Below are positions 28,720 to 33,719 of a stretch of 33,719 nucleotides of DNA, piece after piece. Both the position numbers and the translations under genes were made by a program. The stretch covers positions 1 to 33,719 of the forward strand of contig MNXO01000012.1 of assembly GCA_001872995.1 (NCBI GenBank). Reading direction: 5' to 3'. The notes below the pieces were generated by a model, which did no database searches, was not told where the DNA came from, and saw only the letters and a list, made by a program, of their open reading frames with translations. Within the stretch, counting starts at the first letter, position 1. Every line of letters starts with the position of its first letter. The DNA comes from Bacteroidetes bacterium CG2_30_32_10. Lineage in GTDB: Bacteria; Bacteroidota; Bacteroidia; Bacteroidales; CG2-30-32-10.

Positions 28720-30591
28720 TTATATTCCTAAAAGGTGATTAAATTTTTGAAGTGTTTCTAAGACATTGGTTCTAATATGAATAAAGGCATCTACACCCGC
28801 TTGTTTAAGATTATCAATAATAGCTGTAGGATAGCCAGCAACAATAACTTTAATATTATTATTTCTTTCTTTTATTTGTTTACAAGATTTAGGTACTATT
28901 TCTGCATATTCATCATCAGAACTACAAATGACAATAATATCGGCATTAGCGTTAAAAGCTTCTTTCGCGCCTTCTTCAACAGTTTGAAATCCATTGGTAT
29001 CAATAATATCATAACCGGCACATCCAAAGAAGTTATTAGCAAACATTGCACGGGCTTTTCGCATAGTAAGATTGCCTATGGTCATCAAAAATACTATAGG
29101 TTTCTTATTCCCTTTTAAAACAAAGTCTTCGGTAGCCATACGCAGTGCTTCAAATGCGGTAGCTCCACGATAGGTTTTTAATTTAGAAGTTAAATCTTTA
29201 ATATCTTTGTTTGGCTGCAACTTATCGAGCATTGTTTCTTTCTGATTAGCATGTTGATTGGTTCCTAACATAACAGTTTTACGCATTGCAATATCCATAT
29301 CTCTTTGCTGGCAGGTTTTTTCAATTTCTTCATAAATTGAGCCATTAGTAATTTGTTCAATTAATCCACCTTTTTCTTCAATAGATTGGAACAATTTCCA
29401 AGCTGCATTAGCAATAGAATCGGTTAAATTTTCTATATAATATGAACCTCCAGCAATATCGGCTACTTTGCTAAAATACGCTTCTTCTTTCAATATGATT
29501 TGAGTGTTTCTAGCAACACGATTTGAAAAATCATCAGGTTTTTTGTAGGTTAAATCAAATGGAAGTACGGTAATTGAATTTGCACCGCCAAGAGAAGCTG
29601 CCATTGTTTCTGTTGTGCTACGAAGTACATTCACATAAGGATCATAAATAGTTTTATTCCAAAAAGAAGTAATCGCATGTATATTCATAGACGCAGATGC
29701 GATGTTCTGAGGTTTATATTGTTCCACAATTTTCGCCCATAATAATCTTGCTGCTCTTAATTTGGCAATTTCCATAAAGTAATTTGACCCAATAGCGAAT
29801 GAAAATAGCATTTTAGATGAAATACTATCGATAGAAATTCCTCTATTTGTCATTTCTGCTAAATACTCATTTGCCGAAGCAAGACTATAAGCAAGTTCTT
29901 GAACAATGGATGCACCAGCATTATGATAATAATGACCATTAATGGTTATTGTTGAAATATTTGGAAGATGAGACTTGGTTGTTTTAAGAACTTCGGCACA
30001 TTCATCAAAATCTGCATTTTTAGATTTATAGAAATTGCCGTGTAGCAGGCAAAAGCTTATTGGGTCAAAATTAATTGAGCCTTTTAATTTTTTAATTTCA
30101 ACATTTTGATTTTGTAATTCTTGGATTAATAAATCCAAAAAAGAGGGATAGGATGTTGCTCCAAAAAAATGAATACTTGTAGTGTTAATATCAATACCTT
30201 TCAATATTTGTCTAATATCATCAGGTGTTTCAATATAATGGGCGTTAAAACCGATAGCATTTGCACCTCTTTTAATTGCTTCTAATGCAATTTTATTTGC
30301 TTCAATCACACTTTTAATGTCCACTTCTTGTCTTATTTCCCAATCGTTTCCATTAGTCTTTGTTCCTCTAACAAAAGGAAAATGTTGGGGTAATGATTTT
30401 AAATGTTCAAGATTGGTGAGATTTTCTTGTCTGTAATAAGGTTTTATCTTTAATCCATCAATGGTTTTCCAGATAAGTTTTTTTTCATAATCGCCACCTT
30501 TAAGGTCTTGCATTATTTTTTCTTCCCATTGTGGTGTTGAAATGTCTGGAAATTCGGAAAATAATTGATCTTCGTTATTGTTTTTACTCAT
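28720..30591 (-). CDS. mutA: Methylmalonyl-CoA mutase small subunit
   Basis: PFVRG, YFMEIAKLRAARLLW, DPYVNVLR, AGGSYYIE, ICSSDDEY; lacks DxHxxG. Likely start is ATG 30591, because the longer ORF reads through the promoter box. Confidence 0.93.
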   Translation of the reverse strand: MSKNNNEDQLFSEFPDISTPQWEEKIMQDLKGGDYEKKLIWKTIDGLKIKPYYRQENLTNLEHLKSLPQHFPFVRGTKTNGNDWEIRQEVDIKSVIEANKIALEAIKRGANAIGFNAHYIETPDDIRQILKGIDINTTSIHFFGATSYPSFLDLLIQELQNQNVEIKKLKGSINFDPISFCLLHGNFYKSKNADFDECAEVLKTTKSHLPNISTITINGHYYHNAGASIVQELAYSLASANEYLAEMTNRGISIDSISSKMLFSFAIGSNYFMEIAKLRAARLLWAKIVEQYKPQNIASASMNIHAITSFWNKTIYDPYVNVLRSTTETMAASLGGANSITVLPFDLTYKKPDDFSNRVARNTQIILKEEAYFSKVADIAGGSYYIENLTDSIANAAWKLFQSIEEKGGLIEQITNGSIYEEIEKTCQQRDMDIAMRKTVMLGTNQHANQKETMLDKLQPNKDIKDLTSKLKTYRGATAFEALRMATEDFVLKGNKKPIVFLMTIGNLTMRKARAMFANNFFGCAGYDIIDTNGFQTVEEGAKEAFNANADIIVICSSDDEYAEIVPKSCKQIKERNNNIKVIVAGYPTAIIDNLKQAGVDAFIHIRTNVLETLQKFNHLLGI

Positions 30592-30643
30592 AATCAATAA
30601 ATTTAGAGAGTTGCTTTTATTAATTTTTAGTTTAAATAGCCCA

Positions 30644-30651
30644 CAAAAATA
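30644..30651 (-). promoter_or_regulatory. -7 promoter element for the mutase operon
   Basis: TATTTTTG on the minus strand, 53 bp upstream of ATG 30591. Confidence 0.55.
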
Positions 30652-30746
30652 CAATAAAATATTTATACTATAAATCTTTTACCTCGTATTTTTCGTTATA
30701 AAAACAACTGAAATACGCTGTTATAAAGGGAATTAATTTGAAAATT

Positions 30747-31313
30747 TTACTTCCAACGAAAAGTTGAAATATCAAAACCAGCCAAATCGAGCACTCTATC
30801 AATAACCGTATCAATTAACTCATCAATTGTTGAGGGTTTAGAATAAAAGGAAGGGCTTGCAGGACAAATTATACCTCCAGCAAGCGTTATTTTTTTTAAG
30901 TTTTCTATATGTATTAAGTTAAAAGGCATCTCGCGGGTAACTAGAATTAGTTTTTTTTTTTCTTTAAGCATCACATCAGCGGCTCTAGTGAGCAAATCGT
31001 TTGAAATGCCATTAGAAATTCTGCCTAAAGTTCCCATTGTGCAAGGACAAATAATCATAGCATCATATTTTGCCGACCCAGAGGCAAAAGGAGCAAAAAA
31101 ATCATCGGGAGCATATATTTTATAAGGAAATTGATGATAATACTTGTTTCCCAACTCATATTCCCAAACTTTTTTGGCATTCTCAGAAAAGATAATTCCA
31201 CAATCATCAACCTGATTATCTATTGTTTGCAGCTTATTTATTAGTGATTTTGCATAAATTGCCCCACTAGCACCAGTTACACCAACTATAATTTTTTTTT
31301 TATTTTCATTCAT
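30747..31313 (-). CDS. ubiX: UbiX-family flavin prenyltransferase
   Basis: IVGVTGASGAIY, ASGS, PCTMGTL, RAADVMLKE, REMP, PSFYSKP. Likely start is ATG 31313, overlapping the upstream stop codon. Confidence 0.93.
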   Translation of the reverse strand: MNENKKKIIVGVTGASGAIYAKSLINKLQTIDNQVDDCGIIFSENAKKVWEYELGNKYYHQFPYKIYAPDDFFAPFASGSAKYDAMIICPCTMGTLGRISNGISNDLLTRAADVMLKEKKKLILVTREMPFNLIHIENLKKITLAGGIICPASPSFYSKPSTIDELIDTVIDRVLDLAGFDISTFRWK

Positions 31314-31923
31314 TGTTAAACTGATAATAAAAAGTAAATACCAATAAATTGTTAAACTGTCCACGTTTAAACTTGTAAATACTACCAACAGCTTGCTTGC
31401 GAATTGGTATTATTGAGTATGAATGACTTAGATTAAACAAAAGTTTTTTTGTTAATTTATAGGTTATTCCAAAGTTATAAGACAGTTCATAACTATAAAA
31501 ATAGCGATTCCCTTCCTCATATAAGCGATAGCCATCACTTTCTTCTTTATAGTTAATTAAATAGCCCATGCTTACTCCAAGATTAATAATAAATTTTTTC
31601 TTGTAATGGTAGTTTAAGGATAAGGGCACTTCAGCATAATTAAAATGCAAGCGATAATCTCTATCATTAAAATCAATACTATCTGGAGCGTGATGGCTGC
31701 CCTTTTGAATAAATTTCATTTCTAATTGCCAACTAAAATTATCATTAATTTTACGGTTAACAAAAGCTCCAGCCAAAAAACCCGCTTTATGGTAACCCCC
31801 ATAAGTGTCGCCATCAACTTGACTGGCAGTCATTCCTGCCATTATACCTCCATTAAACTTTTGTGCTGATAAGGAATAGGAAAGGAAAAGAGTGAAAAAT
31901 ATACCAAAAATACAATGTTTCAT
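31306..31923 (-). CDS. Small outer-membrane beta-barrel protein (PorT/OmpA-barrel-like)
   Basis: Signal peptide ending LSA|Q; SQVDGD, FIQKGS, NYAEVPL typical of Bacteroidota 8-stranded barrels. Likely start is ATG 31923. Confidence 0.8.
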   Translation of the reverse strand: MKHCIFGIFFTLFLSYSLSAQKFNGGIMAGMTASQVDGDTYGGYHKAGFLAGAFVNRKINDNFSWQLEMKFIQKGSHHAPDSIDFNDRDYRLHFNYAEVPLSLNYHYKKKFIINLGVSMGYLINYKEESDGYRLYEEGNRYFYSYELSYNFGITYKLTKKLLFNLSHSYSIIPIRKQAVGSIYKFKRGQFNNLLVFTFYYQFNNE

Positions 31924-31991
31924 AAGTTTACATTTTACCAATAAGGCTGTAAATTTACAAAATAAATATTAAGTTTTTATTGAAATGAAAT

Positions 31992-32348
31992 TTAGTAGAG
32001 AAGGTATTTTTTTGCAACCTTTTCCCACTTAGCATCATATTTGCTATCCACAAAATAGATGAGCAAATCGGCATCATACTTGCTATCTACAAAATAAATA
32101 AGTTTATCAGCATCGTATTTGCTTTCGGTGAAGAACCACAAGCCTTCATTTTGTGTAACATCGTACTGACTGCTTACTTTATAAACAAGCAAATCGGCAT
32201 CATACTTGCTATCCACTACAAATACTTTAATTTTTGCATCGTATTTGCTATCGCATGAAAACACTTTTTGTGAAAAAGCTAAATTATAATGAAGAATACC
32301 TCCCCACCATACAAGCAAAACAGCGAATTTGAGAATAATGGATTTCAT
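31992..32348 (-). CDS. Secreted repeat protein, DUF6150-like
   Basis: Signal peptide AFS|Q, then six ~13-aa repeats of the type (I/V)(Y/F)xVDSKYDAD with a central NEGLWFF. Confidence 0.8.
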   Translation of the reverse strand: MKSIILKFAVLLVWWGGILHYNLAFSQKVFSCDSKYDAKIKVFVVDSKYDADLLVYKVSSQYDVTQNEGLWFFTESKYDADKLIYFVDSKYDADLLIYFVDSKYDAKWEKVAKKYLLY

Positions 32349-32423
32349 AATATTTTGTATTTAATGAATAACTATTTTAAATAAAAACCCTGTCTATATT
32401 AAGTATTCAGTATTATTGAATCT

Positions 32424-33584
32424 CTAATTAAAAATATATTTATGGTTATATATAATGCTTTTAGCAATATCTTTCATCATAGCATTTGCTTGAAATATCA
32501 TATCTATATCATTAGGAAAAGGTATAGGCTGTGAATTCTTTACTTTTTGGAGAGTTTCTGGTTTCAGTGCATCGAAATCGCCATTTGCTTGAGTAAACAC
32601 ATTGACAAAAGGAGTTTGAACGGTAATAGGTTCTGTTTTAATTAATTGTTTAGTTACATTGTTATAAAAATCAATATATCCAGAAATAATTGATTCTTTA
32701 TTTAGAACTGTTTCGGACACTTTGCAAGAAATGGTTTTAGTTTTAGCAACTTTAAGATCATTGCCTAAGCTGTCTTTCATTACATTTCCCCTGCTATCAT
32801 AAACATATTGCCAGCCATCAGCTACCTCTTTGGTTTCAAACCAATTGTTTGTATTCACTTGTTCGGGAGATACGCTAATAAGCTTGATGTTTAAATAAAT
32901 ATTGTAGTCGTAATCTAAGCCTGTATTTTGCTTGGCATCAAAGTTAATCCACTTGCTATTCATATCAGTTAGGCTTATTTTCAATAACTCTTCTTCAAAG
33001 TTTGGGTGGAAAGGAATGCCGGTTTGGTTTTGAATTTTGAACAGCACATTGGTGGTGCCTAAAAAAAGCGCGATTTGAATTTGGTTATCTACATCTTTAA
33101 AGTCATTGTAATAACCTTTAACTCTAAGAAGGTCATCATAAGCTTGACGTGCACTGTTTTTATCTTTCTTTTTCAGCAAATCCATTGCATGTGCATAGAA
33201 AAAAGTCGCTGCTTTCAATTTGGCGGCGATAATTTCTTCATCATAATTGATATACTTATAGTTAATGGCTGATAAAATATTGCCTGGCAACACTTTTACT
33301 TTATCTTCTCTGTATTTAAGAGAGCGATAAAAGTTAAAGATTTCGTCCCAAATATCAGGTTGACCAGTTTTTCTGAGATATTCGATTTGGTCATTGTCTT
33401 TTTGATTGGCAATGGCATAAGCGTCTTTTAATACATTAATTTCTTTTGCCGAAGAAGGTTTCTTTTTTAATTTCTTCACCGATTTTTCAACCGCCTTATC
33501 GTACATTCCTTTGTTTAAGTAATGAGTAGAGCTGCATCCCATCATTATACTTGCTACTATTAATATAACCGCTATTTTTTTCAT
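32424..33584 (-). CDS. Hypothetical lipoprotein (helical N-half, beta-rich C-half)
   Basis: MKKIAVILIVASIMMGC lipobox from ATG 33584; long open frame. Confidence 0.8.
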   Translation of the reverse strand: MKKIAVILIVASIMMGCSSTHYLNKGMYDKAVEKSVKKLKKKPSSAKEINVLKDAYAIANQKDNDQIEYLRKTGQPDIWDEIFNFYRSLKYREDKVKVLPGNILSAINYKYINYDEEIIAAKLKAATFFYAHAMDLLKKKDKNSARQAYDDLLRVKGYYNDFKDVDNQIQIALFLGTTNVLFKIQNQTGIPFHPNFEEELLKISLTDMNSKWINFDAKQNTGLDYDYNIYLNIKLISVSPEQVNTNNWFETKEVADGWQYVYDSRGNVMKDSLGNDLKVAKTKTISCKVSETVLNKESIISGYIDFYNNVTKQLIKTEPITVQTPFVNVFTQANGDFDALKPETLQKVKNSQPIPFPNDIDMIFQANAMMKDIAKSIIYNHKYIFN

Positions 33585-33660
33585 TATGAAAAGCATTTTA
33601 TTGTATGATTAAACGACTGTTTTTTATTTTTTCTATTAATTCATTAAACAAAGATTGAGC

Positions 33661-33668
33661 CAAAATTA
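33661..33668 (-). promoter_or_regulatory. -7 promoter element upstream of the lipoprotein gene
   Basis: TAATTTTG on the minus strand. Confidence 0.45.
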
Positions 33669-33719
33669 GTGAATAATTTCAAATAAAATAGTCGAACCAA
33701 AAATTACTTATTCAAATTT

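Noticed and set aside
30592-30654. N-terminal extension MYFCGLF... of the mutase small subunit
   Set aside because: It reads through the TAnnTTTG promoter box; ATG 30591 is the better start. Extended starts at 3298, 31388, 31941 and 33596 were trimmed to downstream ATGs that give a cleaner signal peptide or domain start.
32030-32255. ~39 bp periodic DNA repeats resembling a CRISPR or non-coding array
   Set aside because: They are in frame within a signal-peptide-bearing ORF and vary at synonymous positions, so they are protein repeats.
701-33272. Short alternative-frame and antisense ORFs in the track (e.g. 4999-5307, 7923-8198, 19078-19389, 21098-21520, 26530-27039, 28777-29118)
   Set aside because: All overlap well-supported genes and show no recognisable motifs; they are best explained as shadow ORFs.

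Overview
AT-rich (roughly 30% GC by eye, not computed) chromosomal window from a Bacteroidota organism, probably Bacteroidales-like. The assignment rests on recurrent TAnnTTTG -7 promoter boxes, AT-rich translation starts without Shine-Dalgarno motifs, and the gene families present. Most of the window is core genome: an alkaline phosphatase, a TonB-dependent receptor with an upstream PPP-tailed ORF, sufBCDSE plus a SufT-like gene, a TlpA / DUF6029-like / Omp28-like CxxC operon, rhomboid and S41 proteases, rmuC, a compact GT4-wza-wzc-rmlC-wecA cluster, an ornithine carbamoyltransferase, methylmalonyl-CoA mutase (two subunits), ubiX and several envelope proteins. The one accessory-looking structure is about 1999-2667. 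There a small GxxExxY (PD-(D/E)XK-type) nuclease gene is preceded by two tandem ~120-140 bp units, each a palindrome of CTTTGTG/CACAAAG-like heptamers at ~10 bp spacing. The block is bounded by ~30 bp imperfect inverted repeats and 8 bp near-direct repeats. It is the best candidate here for an uncharacterised nuclease-plus-repeat system. No rRNA, tRNA, CRISPR array, transposase or integrase was recognised. All family names are from motif recognition, not database searches.
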